NCBI GenBank assembly: GCA_951406725.2
Contig: OX597820.1
Coordinates: 76,880,001 to 76,944,000, forward strand
DNA from: Octopus vulgaris
Lineage: Eukaryota
Length of the DNA: 64,000 bases
Direction of reading: 5' to 3'
How positions within the stretch are numbered: position 1 is the stretch's first letter; each line of letters begins with the position of its first letter. The notes below the pieces were generated by a model. The model saw nothing but the letters and a program-made list of their open reading frames with translations, was not told where the DNA came from and did not search any database. A program made the translations under genes and the position numbers. Positions 28,351 through 40,426 of this stretch are shown one piece after another.

Positions 28351-30811
28351 GAACCTTTAATTGACCTTTACGTACATATTGATCTTCGCAAGATATAATT
28401 TTCCTCAGAAAAACACATTGTGAGTTGAAGGTAATACATCATGTCATACTTTATTTCTCGCACTTGTATAGTTTTGTAGATTAAGTTATTCCCTGCTGTA
28501 TGCTATTCACAGTTTTCAACAATTCTTTCAGGAATTGTTAAATATTTGGTAGTTTATTGCTCTTTTGCCGCATAACAGTTTTTCAGTTTTTGTAGTGGCT
28601 TGCTTATTTCTTGATATAATGGGTTTCCCATGGCGGTTTATGGATAGCATAATGCTGCCTGTTTTCATGCGTAAAATACTTCTGTCTCTCGCCAGTGACC
28701 TGCATTTATTTCTATTTTATTTCTATGTATTTTAACAAGAAAGAAAACCGTTTTAAGCGTGTGTCAAGCTATTTGCTTTTCTCATCGAATCGTTTCCTGT
28801 TTTTGCATTTTATTTGCGATTTACCTGGCATCTCCTTGATTAGGATGTTCTTTGATTTCGGCTAATGCAAATTTGTTTTGTATTTTCCTGAAAGAGTTGT
28901 CGCATTTAGTTCGGCTTTACATTTGACTTGTGTTCACTGATTTCATTTAGAACTGCAATATATTTTCTGTTATTGATTCCTACATTTCTACATGCTTGCT
29001 TTCAACATTGTTTGCCTTGACTTGATATTCCAATACAAATCGATCTCCAGGTGTCTTCTCTTTCCGTTTTGACTTCGCTGATTATTTCATATAAACACCC
29101 ATTTCTTCTTGTAGCTATTTTACTCTTTACTTTATATGTGAGAGGTTAACTCGTGGGGTTAAAGGAAGATCCGCTATCGATTTTTATTCTTTAATTATTT
29201 CTGCATTCAGATTATCTTCATATTCATAACATTGAATTCTTAACTTTTCCTGTATTCATTTTCATTCATATTTTAAGTGTTTTGACCTGCTTCAACTCCA
29301 GTTATATTGTATGCTGTAGGTGTATAAATGTTCGCTTTTAGTATGTGATTTGTTATATTATTTTGCTCGATTTGAATCCGCTGGAAGAAATTTCGTGCTT
29401 ATGATTTCACTGATTTCAAATGAATATATTGTTAGTTTCACTCTTTTTACATTTTCTCTTTCTTAAATACTATTTCTTACAAGATATCTAATACTATCAA
29501 TCAACTGGGATTCTCTAAGTACTTTAGTCGTCATTCACGACCTCATCAATCGCACGGAGTAGAGAGAGCATGTTGTTGATGACGTTACGAATGGCGTCAA
29601 GACGTTTCTAATAGTATGTTTAATAACAACTTAGTTTATTTTTTCTTTCAAACTATTGTGCTTCATTTCCAGATAATATATGTAGACATTTTGAAATTCT
29701 CTTATCTTGGTATTCCTTCTAAAAAATGTGTTTGTAATATAGAAAAAAACTATTGCTAATATAACACGTTATACCTGACTTGTCTGACATTCTGGATCTA
29801 TTTTTTCTTGTTTCAGATCAGAGAGGATGGTCCCTATTAATAAAGAATATTTCTAGTTGTGGTACTGCTGGTCGGGAAGAAGGATTTCATGATCCTGGTA
29901 ACTGGGAACTGCACCCAAATGTTTGAAATGGTCACTAGCAATAAAAGTCTGAATTTGATTTTAGTTTACCAAAGTCACAAGTTTGTACTGTTTTCTGTGT
30001 TTCAGGATATGTATTTCTATTGCTCACATATTTTATGCATAACCACGATCTAACAATACAAATTTAAGTTGCATTGCTTATTGTTCTTTGAGTGTGTTGA
30101 ATATGTCTAGTGTTTATTTGACTTGGATTTCAATGCGGTCTTTGCCCGCAATAAAAAACAGGTTATTGTATAGATATTTTACGAGCGTTAATGATATGAG
30201 GCTATACACAATATGTAAACTTAGGAATCCTCCAATAGATAGGCAATACGTTTGCATTTATTATCATCATTCATCTATATTTATCGGAGTAGTGAAATTA
30301 TTAACTTTATTATCACCGAGGGAGAGAGTAGCACATGCCATTCAAGTGACACTATGGTACAAATACAGGAAGCCCAATATACCCATCATGACTACCTGTC
30401 TGATAAGAATAAAGCAGCCACATATATGACAACTATATGAGCGCGATATAATATCTGCTACCAAGATAAACAGCACCTGAACTTGCGGGACGGGCCCAAT
30501 TCAACTTTTTTTCAGGTCGAGTACCCCATCCTCCTCAAAAGGTACTTTACGCATAATGAGTGAAAAATTTATGTTTCACGAAGCCAATTGTTCAACCATC
30601 AAGCAATTCCCCGCCAATACCGTCAGCCACTTAGGGACAAGCTCGACTGGATGAGGTTAAGCAACTAGCAAACAAATATTTGCTGCTGTCCATCATTTAT
30701 ACCATGACAAAATAGGCATGGAAACACTTAAAATCAGTTAATATCAGAAGCCATAAGAACCACTGCTTGTTTATTATTACTGTTTTTATTTTATTATTAT
30801 CATTTTATTGT

Positions 30812-31745
30812 CTTTGCACACCTTCTAACGCTGGAGATGTACTACGGTATCAGCTGTTCACTATCAGAGAACGAATGTAACACCCCTTATTTTTCGAGCA
30901 CCATCCGGAGGATTCGAGCGGTTCCGGTTTATATGCGTACCATGTTTTGCTCTGTTCAGTCCTTACTTGTTGCATAGTGTCCAATTGACAACCTTTCCTA
31001 TATTGTCATAACGTCTCATATATTCTTTCTGGGCTAGAGGGGTACATTGACTGGTAATTTGGCATACGGTTTCATCATTTTGTCCAGAAATTCTGCACTT
31101 ATCACTTCATGATGCTTTGCCTATTCTGTATTTGATGTAATTGGTTCTTAATGCTTGCTCTTGACCAGCACAGATTAGAGCCTCCGTTTCCGGTTTTAAA
31201 TCGCTTTTAGTCATCCATAGATATCGTTTTCTCTGCCTGTCTTATCCCTATGAAATTGTCCATGCATTCTTTTCTTTATCCACCTATTTTCTGTTTCATT
31301 AATTTTCAAGTCCATGGCATTTTTTTACATAGCAAGCGATGTTGTTTTATTCTACTCTAACGCTGTGTTCGCATCCAATCAGTCCTCTTCCCCCACTTTT
31401 TCTTGATACATACATTCTGTCTTTGTCACTATTTGGGTGGAGTATCCCATATCTAGTCAGTAACGTCCTTGTCATTCTGTCTACACTGTTTACTTCCTCA
31501 ACTGTCCAAGCGATTACCCCCTGCATATATCTAAGGTGTGAAACGGACCATGTTTTGATAGTTTCAATCTTATTTTGTCCGGTTAAATTCAACTTAAGGA
31601 TCAGTGTCAGTCTTAGCAAATTCTCCAACTCACTTTTTTCCGGCATTTTTTTCTCCACAAATTTATCCATTTCCAATATCACCAAGTACTTATAGCTCGT
31701 CTCTTCTATTTGCTTCATAACCTCCCTCGACGGTATCTTTATTTA
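30812..31745 (-). mobile_element. R4/Dong-clade LINE relic
   Basis: The minus strand gives YKYL..., HPNSDKDRMYVSRKSGGRGL and WMTKSDLKPETEALICAGQEQALRTNY, homologous to the element at 43435. The 3' end abuts a TAA-rich tract. Confidence 0.88.
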
Positions 31746-31939
31746 CTACTACTAAATCAAGACTTTTAGCTTCTGTTACTCTGTCAGTCTGACTGTTATA
31801 ATTTCGCAACCTCTTATATTTCTTCTTTTTCTTATTGTTGCTGTTGTTGTTATTATTATTATCTTTGTTTCAATTTTGCTTCCATTTCTAGCTGAGTGAC
31901 TTCCGGACGCCTAGGATGTTGAACGAAACACCCATGTTT

Positions 31940-32212
31940 CCAGAGGTGAATTATCCAAACCCCAAAAAATCCCTTTCAACACATGGCTATGATGCTCCCC
32001 TACTACTTCTGCTCGTGCTCAGTGGTGCACATATCGTCAGCCACTAAGGGACATACTCAACTGGTTAAGGTCAAACGACTGACAAGCAAATCTGTGGTAT
32101 TGAGCAAAATGTTTGCTGTAGCCCTTCTTTTATACCAAGACAAAACAATGTACATGATAACACTTCCAGTCAGAAGCCACGTGAGGCACGTTCTGGTACT
32201 TCATCAGGGCAA
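31940..32212. repeat. Unclassified interspersed repeat abutting (TAA)n; second diverged copy at ~30600-30770
   Basis: GTCAGCCACT.AGGGACA..CTC.ACTGG...TTTATACCA.GACAAAA...CAGAAGCCA occurs at both 30621-30752 and 32036-32180. Confidence 0.7.
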
Positions 32213-32254
32213 TTATTATTATTAATATTATTATTATCATCATCATCATCATCA

Positions 32255-32600
32255 ATACAGTGAGACGTGAATCCTCTACTCTACACAGGAGCGGCGTTTC
32301 AACGTCTTTGGCCTTCGTAATTTAAGACCACATCACCACTACCGAAGTCCTCAACCGAGACAAGACACCCAGCATACACATGTTCCAGCAGCCTCGTTTG
32401 CTCTGGCTCGGTCATATTCATTGCGTGCCAGACGGAGGAAGCCCAAGAGCACACTGGCACGTGTAATTGGTTACCGGTACTAGAGCAAGAGGACGACCTC
32501 ACCTTCGTTACAAAGATGTCTGTAGGAGAGAGATGAAGTCGATTCATCCGGACGTCCTGAGATGGGAGGAGGTTGCAAATGATCGCCCACAATGCAGGTG
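32255..32600 (+). mobile_element. RTE-clade LINE 3' relic
   Basis: Translation DHITTTEVLNR...RLLWLGHI..VPDG...GTRARGRPHLRYKDVCRREMK...WEEVANDR is typical of the RTE ORF C-terminus. Confidence 0.8.
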
Positions 32601-32619
32601 CGAAAGGGAATGAAGAGAA

Positions 32620-32636
32620 CATTATCATTATTATTA

Positions 32637-32667
<31 letters not shown>

Positions 32668-32668
32668 A

Positions 32669-32699
<31 letters not shown>

Positions 32700-32707
32700 T
32701 TATTATA

Positions 32708-32752
<45 letters not shown>

Positions 32753-32945
32753 TGTAGTAGAAGTGGTAAGTAGCTTGCTTACCAAACACATGGTCGATGT
32801 GCTCGACTAAAGGTGGTGCTCCAACTTAACCGCAATCAAAAATGACAGGAACATGAAAGAAAAAAGTAAAAGAGTAGTAGTAGTAGTAGCAGCAGCAGTA
32901 GTAGTATTAGTAGTAGTATTAGCAGCAGTTGTTGTAGTAGTAGTT

Positions 32946-32999
<54 letters not shown>

Positions 33000-33070
33000 T
33001 CTTTCAATTCTGTTTCCATTTCTTACCGAGCGTCTATGATTATTATTATTATTATTATGATTATTGTTGT
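32620..33070. repeat. (ATT)n and (AGT)n microsatellites with a short SINE A fragment (32762-32872) between them
   Basis: Read directly. The fragment joins the GTGGTAAGTAGCTTGCTTACC head to the CTAAAGGTGGTGCTCC tail. Confidence 0.85.
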
Positions 33071-33311
33071 TGTACATTATATGTAAATATTCAGAAACTA
33101 TGAATAAATCCGAATATAACTCGTCAAAAATACATGAGTGCATGAGCTTTCAGCTAACACATGTCATATAAATGCGTAATGCTATTCCTCATATAATCCA
33201 TATTTTTATTCACTGCCTAGGTTTGAATTATCGAGACTACCGCCATGTTCATATAGTAAGCATACATTAACATCATGTCAAACTTTTCGTACAAAATTAT
33301 ATGTATACATG

Positions 33312-33347
<36 letters not shown>

Positions 33348-33428
33348 TATATATTATATATATATATATATGTATGTATGTATATGTATTAATGTATATA
33401 TATATGTGTATATTATATAAGTGTGAGT

Positions 33429-33481
<53 letters not shown>

Positions 33482-33496
33482 CAGATATAAAGATAC

Positions 33497-33533
<37 letters not shown>

Positions 33534-34535
33534 ATGTATATACGTGCAAGTGTATATGCTTGCATGACTGTTCGTTGGTTACTGTACCTGAATATATATG
33601 CCTGCAAAAATACATACATAGTTTTTCTAAAATAGGAAAAGTAATTCAAATGGAAAGCTGTTAAAGTGAAGGTATGAATAAGAAATATCATATATTTCTA
33701 TACCTTATGTGTATAAGTGTCTTAACGTTCCGAAGAATAAATATCACCCTTATATCCTTTCTTGTGTACATATACGTACGCACTGGTTTTAATGCTTAAA
33801 GCAATGGTGTGACCAGGATATTCTTGTGATCGGTAAAGCAAGGCTTCGTTAACGGCATTGGTTTGTAATTATACTATTGCTTAAAAGAATGTATAGCTTG
33901 CGCGTTGGTGCAGAGATGTAAAAAAAATTATTATACGCTGATGTTATTATTACATGATGAAGGCTGTGAAACGGCTGTAACCCTAATGATATCAAGTAAT
34001 TAAAGAAATATATTCACCACTCATAGTACTTAACGTAAATAGTTTATCTATCTATCCATCCATCCATCCATTCACTATCTATCTATGTGTCAGTATATAT
34101 AAATATATATATATACACACACATATCTCGCCTATGCATTGCGAAACCAATAACCAATAACCCGATGTAGCACTCACTATACGTATGATTCAGAAAGAGG
34201 TTTTGGTTGGGTATAGAGAGATAATGAGAAAGAGAGATGTCAAAGGAATACATGTTTATCTGATGAACTTCATTCACTTACAGCTGTTTCCGCTGTGTGA
34301 TGCAGTGGACGCCATAGTTTAGTTTCTGGAGTTCATAACATAGTTGTTTACTCTTTTGTTATCTCTCGTTCATATTACCGCTACATACTCGGCTTGCACT
34401 TCGTCCTGAAACATCCGTGTATTGAGATCTACAATGGGTTATTAGTTTCTCGATACCTAAGTGATATATGAAAGTATATACATATATAGGCAAACAGACA
34501 AATAGATAGATAGGTACATAGTGATTTAATTAGGT

Positions 34536-34571
<36 letters not shown>

Positions 34572-34668
34572 ATAGACTGATAGATAGGTAGATACATATA
34601 TATATATATATATATACATACATACATACAATCATATATATATATATCCATACATCCATTCTCAATCC

Positions 34669-35471
34669 GGAGCTGATGCAGTTTCGCACCTCTTCATAAA
34701 AAACGCATTTTTCTGAAAGACATTTTTCGGATTCCTACGTTTTTGGATGTCAGAGATTACAAATATACAAAAGCGAAAAGAAAAATTTACCCCACCTCCA
34801 TTTAAAATTTTGAACGTTTTCGAATTTTGTTTTCCCCCAATATTTTATATAACGGAGATTCCGAATATGCAAGAAACCATATTTTTAAAATTCTAAGTTC
34901 AGTAAACATATAGATATGTGTATAAAGAGATAGATATGAATGTCTTCCTGGGGTTAAAAACAAAAGTAACACCATCTTCTATAGAACTGCCGCATTCATT
35001 TCACAAATATATTTTGTGAATAAACGGACAAGGGTAAATAGATAGACAAATAAATCGATGAAAAAGTTCAAAATTTAAAATTGGGGTAGGGAGTGAAATT
35101 AGAGCCGCTTATTAAATTGTATAACATTAATTATTAAACGGTGTTTGTTTCTCATAAAATGATGTATATTTAATTTACATTAAATTATTATTCAAGATTA
35201 TTTAAGGCAACCATAAATAAAACGAAAATTATTTTCTCTTTAATGTTTATTTTTTAAATTTAATTTCGATTCGTTAACTCGCTACAATCTCTTTAAAGTC
35301 GATAAAATAAAAAAATATAAATTGGGAGGGGGGAGGAAGAGGTGGAGAGGGGATATTTTTTTCTTTCTTTTTTGCATATTCGTAATATCCGACATCTAAA
35401 ATGTAGGAATCCAGAAAATTGTTTTAAAAAAATGCATTTTTCAAGGAGAGGTGCAAAACTGCATTAGCCCC
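34669..35471. mobile_element. MITE with ~120 bp TIRs and an 8 bp TSD (Merlin-like termini)
   Basis: Left end GGAGCTGATGCAGTTTCGCACCTCT; right end AGAGGTGCAAAACTGCATTAGCCCC. Flanks CTCAATCC (34661-34668) and TTCAATCC (35472-35479). Confidence 0.85.
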
Positions 35472-36060
35472 TTCAATCCATCTTCTTTTGTGGATAAACG
35501 AGTGTGTGTGTGTGTGTGTGTGTGTTTAGTGTGTGTGTGTGTGTGTGTTTAGTGTGTGTGTGTGTGTGTTTAGTGTGCGTGTGTCGAAATGTTTATGACA
35601 TTATGTGTGAGTTTCTCTATTTGAGTTTGTCTCGCAGAACAGCTTGCCTTTTTAATCCCCTTAACATAGTGATCCTACACTTAAATCAATGTAATAACTA
35701 CCAGACGATCAGATATGGGCTAGAGTTGATTTCAAAAGACGATAAACAAAAGCTACAGACACAGAAAAGAAAAAGAGAAAAGAGGTAGGAAAAGCCCACA
35801 AAACACTAGGATAAAAATGATGTTTTTATTAATTCAACTAACTTCACAAAAAGACGAGTGAATTTATATATAGACATACACATTTATATATATAGATATA
35901 CAGTTACACACACTCAGACGCACACAGACACATACATATATACATAATATATATATAAAGTTATATCTTGAGTGACAACAACGCTCAAGATATACAACGG
36001 ACTGGAAATAGAAGTGCTCCAATGAGCTGTATGCACTTTTTTATGTGTGTGTATGCATAC

Positions 36061-36191
<131 letters not shown>

Positions 36192-36929
36192 TGTGTGTGT
36201 GTGTGTGTATGGATGGATAGTGTTAGGTGTGGCGTACGGATATTGAATATTGAGAAAAAAGGTGGCCAGAACTTTGGAAAAAATCTTATTTCTTCATTAT
36301 TATTAGCGCTTTCGTTCGTCTCTCGAATAGAATTTTGTTAATGTACAAACATTGTTCATTTATAAAAACAGATGGTTTTTTGGTTTCGTTTAGAAGAAAA
36401 CATTGAAAAATGGAAGTAAAGGAAAAAGAAGGAAAGAAGGGAACAAAAGAGAAAAAAAGCAAAAAGACTTTCAGTGATGACCACACAACATCTATGTTTT
36501 CTTTCTTGAAGAGGTCACCATTCTTAAACCCATTTCAATTAAATGGTAAATGACTAAAGCAATAAATGAATGATGAATAGGAAGGGGAATCTCCTTTCCC
36601 TTATCTCTCTCCCCTTCCCTCTAACTATCTATCTATGTGACTATCTATCAACCTATTTACCAAATATCTTTCTATCTATCTATCTCCATTGTCGTGGAAC
36701 TTCACTCCGCCCCCCAAAAAAAACAACGGTCTCCTAGACAAAATCCCCAACAAGCATCTCTTTTATATAAATGAACAAGCTGTTTGTACATTCACCAAAT
36801 TCTATATGACAAGTAAGAGAAACGAATGAAAGCGCTTAAAATGAATAAATGAAAAAGATTTTTTCCCAAAATTCTAGCGACTTTTACATATATATATATA
36901 TATATATATATTTACAAAAATCAAAAGAG

Positions 36930-37090
36930 GAAGACTGGTGTGTAAACCATAAACAGATGTATTAGTTTAACACTCGGGAAGTGAGAAAGACTTTTACGTT
37001 TCGAGACCACACTCTTAGACAGAAAGGAACACAAAAGTAAACAGGGAGAGAAAATAGAAAAGTTTTGGGGCTAGCGATCTATCATGGCGA
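36930..37090 (-). mobile_element. Penelope-type terminal repeat relic with decayed hammerhead; homologous to 56960-57113
   Basis: AAACAGATGTAT.AGT.TAAC.CTC.GGAA...TTTTACGTTTCGAG...CAGAAAGG...CGATCTATCATGGCGA is present in both copies. Confidence 0.7.
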
Positions 37091-37171
37091 ATGATAGATA
37101 TATATTATATATATAATCTCTGTGCGAGGTATAAACAGTACCAGCACGACGTTGTGAAGTAGTGAAGTAAA

Positions 37172-37499
37172 TGTGGCGAACCCTTAAGGATCGATGCTAC
37201 TGTAGCTTGTAGCCCCAGGAAGATATATCTTCCAGTTGGTTATTGACACACTATCTGCGACCTATCAGTATTTGCAAAGGGAAGTCATCGTTCCCGACTT
37301 TCCTTCGCTAATACTAATAGGGTACAGATAGTGAGTCAATAGCCAGCTGGAGATGTCTTCCTGGGGCTACAAGCTACAGTAGCATCGACCCTTAAGTGTT
37401 AACCACACTTAGGTGACAAGTATGCTAATTAAAACACCAGTCTGCTAGAAGTAAACCCCGCACAGGATTTACTTCTAGGAGACTGGTGTTGTAATTAGC
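37172..37499. repeat. Two adjacent long hairpins (37172-37407 and 37424-37499) of the hammerhead-associated repeat family
   Basis: 37191-37223 is a perfect 33 bp reverse complement of 37356-37388 within ~115 bp arms. The second hairpin is GCTAATT..ACACCAGTCT.CTAGAAGTAAA / TTTACTTCTAG.AGACTGGTGTT.TAATTAGC. Confidence 0.9.
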
Positions 37500-37627
37500 C
37501 AATGGCCTTATTGTAATTTTAATATAAATGAACCATCATGGTATTTTAGTATGCTGGGCACTGATAATTCATTGAATAATGACTTGATCGTAATAACGCA
37601 TATCTCTCTCTCTCTCTCTCTCTCTCT

Positions 37628-37737
<110 letters not shown>

Positions 37738-37943
37738 GTTATAAATCTCTGAGCTAGAGAAATAAATAACAGTACCGAATAGCAATGTTTATATGCCAAC
37801 AGAGTGTGACAGTCCTATAAAGAAGGATGTTACTGTTGTTTGAGCGCAGGAAAACATCTTTTCCAGCTGGCTATCGACAGTTTGTGTCCGTATATAGCCT
37901 TTGCAAGGTAGGTCATCGCTGCCATCTCTTGCCTTACGTGATA

Positions 37944-37988
37944 CTCACAGACCTAGGTTTCTGGATTGTGATCCGTCCTCAGTGTGAA
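37944..37988 (-). ncRNA. Minimal type I hammerhead ribozyme, catalytic core intact
   Basis: Minus strand: TTCACA CTGAGGA CGGAT-CACA-ATCCA GAAA CCTAGG TC TGTGAG. This reads as stem I / CUGANGA / stem II / GAAA / palindromic stem III / GUC site / stem I'. Confidence 0.8.
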
Positions 37989-38127
37989 ACAATCACCAGC
38001 TAGTGACGAAAGGTATCTCCACACGCACATCCGCTGAACTCGCACTCATAGGTACTTTTACTCTATTTCTTTCGCTCAGAGATTAAAAACATGTTGTTTT
38101 TCCCCACACGACATCAGCGACTGTGTG

Positions 38128-38164
<37 letters not shown>

Positions 38165-38171
<7 letters not shown>

Positions 38172-38721
38172 AAATATCTCAGAGAGATTTATACAGTAGT
38201 GGTACGATTAAGTAGTTGTATACTGCCATCTTAATGTAACAGTCTCTGGGTGGAGGTGCACAGGAAATGTGTCAAGGCCGACAGGAAGCGTTGCTGCTTC
38301 CTAGGGCTAAATAGCAGTAGTATGATTCCCTTCATGGGACTGTCACATTAAGTTGACAATATACAACTACTTTATAGTACCATTACTGCATAAATTTCAA
38401 TCAGATATTTAGAAATGTATTATTTCTACTTTTGTAATTAGAAAATTTATTTCACTAGAATTGTTATATGTTAACAAGAAGTAGATAGGCATCTCTAACT
38501 AGCAGGCCATGTTACTCCAGACTGATGATGAGCAAAGACTCAGAAACTATGCTCTGGCTGAAGGCTTAGCTGAGTGGATGTGCTTATCTCCCCCTTGTAA
38601 ACATAAGGATACAGAAAATGTGTCAAGGCAGACAGGAAGCATTGCTGCTTCCTAGGGCTAAACAGCAATAGTGTGATTCTCTTCATGGGACTGTCACATT
38701 ACGTTGACAGTATACAACTAC

Positions 38722-38722
<1 letters not shown>
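38165..38722 (+). mobile_element. Retrozyme/Penelope-pLTR-like unit: ~110 bp direct repeats 351 bp apart enclosing a hammerhead, with an inverted partial copy at the 5' end
   Basis: AAATGTGTCAAGG...GGGACTGTCACATTA.GTTGACA.TATACAACTAC starts at both 38265 and 38616. 38165-38243 is an inverted copy of 38338-38419. Confidence 0.75.
38517..38557 (+). ncRNA. Minimal type I hammerhead with mutated cleavage site
   Basis: CCAGA CTGATGA TGAG-CAAAGA-CTCA GAAA CTAT GC TCTGG. Stems I and II pair perfectly; the expected CTAG-TC reads CTAT-GC. Confidence 0.7.
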
Positions 38723-38790
<68 letters not shown>

Positions 38791-38795
38791 GTAAT

Positions 38796-39238
38796 TACTC
38801 TTTTTTATTTGTTTCAGCTTTTTGACGGCGGCCATATTAGACCATCACCTTCAGTCGAACAAATCGACCCTGAGTCTCATTCTTTGTAAGCCTAGTACTT
38901 ATTCCATCGGATCGTTTGCAGAACCGCTACATTATGGGGACGGAAAAACACCAGCATCAGTTGTCAAGTTATAGTGGGGGAGGAAACACAGACACACAAA
39001 CATATACACGCACATATACATATCTAGATACGTGTGTGTGTGTGTGTGTGTCTGGACATGTGTGTTTGTGTATACGACCGGCTTCTTTCAGTTTCTGTCT
39101 ATCGTATCCACTCACAAAGCTTTTTGTCAACTCGAGTTTATATTAGAAGACACTTGCCAAGGTGCTACGCAGTGGGAGTGAACCATATAGTTGATAAGCA
39201 AGCTAGTTACACACAGCCTCACAGCCACTCCTGCGACT
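38796..39238 (-). mobile_element. SINE family A copy (diverged)
   Basis: Colinear with 4884-5284. Confidence 0.85.
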
Positions 39239-40426
39239 ATATGCGCATATATATTCAGTCAATTGTTTAGATTTAAAAAGGTCACATGAATTCGGAGTAT
39301 ATATATATATTCTTATATATTATTATATATTTGTTATTGTATATATATATACATATGTAGAGAAGATTATCAGAAAATGAATTGTACGATTTTATTTTTA
39401 TTAAATCACTACAATTGTTTACACACAACGTCGCACACGAAGTACATTGGTGAAATGATATGATTAACATATTGTGCAATAATCACCATCTGATGAAGAG
39501 TATTAAAAGAATATATAGACAGATACAAGCATAGATACACACATACATACATAAATACATTAATACATGCTTACATACTTGCATGCATGTATACATACAT
39601 TCATGCATATATATATATGTATATATACATACATACATACATACAAACATATGTATATTATATATATATATATATATATATACATACACATATAGATACA
39701 CGCATACGGATACACACACACATATATATATTTACATAATATTGTGGTCTCTTTCTTTCTTTTGTTATCTTACCCTTTTTACCAATACATATATATATAT
39801 TTGTTGATGTATGTATATGCATGTATAGATTTATATAGTTGTGCGTGGAGAGAGAGAAAGAGAGAGGGAGAGAGAGAGAGAGGGAGAGAGAGAGAGATGA
39901 GTGAGAGAAGATGTGTGTGAAAATAGGCATTTAAACTGAAACAAAATATTTGCCTGCTTGATATGCAACTCTGCAGGAAAATGACACATTGTCACTGCCA
40001 TATTGAAAGTATATTTTTTGAAAATAAACTCGTGTTCCATAGAGAATTGCGTATACACAGGCACATAAACAATACACGGACACATGTGTGTGTCTATAAA
40101 TATGTATGTATATATAAGGAAAGAGATAAAAATGAAGCAAATAGTAAGCTACACATACGCATGTATACCTGACTGCATGAGGAATTTCTCTGTATCTGAA
40201 ATTTATACATTTTAAAAATTGGAAAACTTGTTGCCTTAAGAATTTCTTTCGATTCACACGAGTAGAATTTAAAATCAAATATTCTTTTGTCGAAAAACAT
40301 TCGATCCCATATTATTTTCCGCTCATCGCAGAAATTTTCCAAACTGTTCCATTCCATTATCATCATTCGAATTTCATGCATATGTATGTACGTTATTTGT
40401 TTCTTTTTTAATGTTTGTGAATGTAT

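Noticed and set aside
28400-29400. Possible old RTE-like LINE on the minus strand (EISKPLQKLKN)
   Set aside because: Only one weak motif; it cannot be supported without a profile search.
32175-32212. Minus-strand CTGATGA as a hammerhead or HDV-like ribozyme
   Set aside because: There is no GAAA at the right spacing, no stem II and no HDV P3/L3 motif.
38265-38722. CRISPR-like repeat-spacer structure
   Set aside because: Eukaryotic context, only two ~110 bp repeats and no cas genes.
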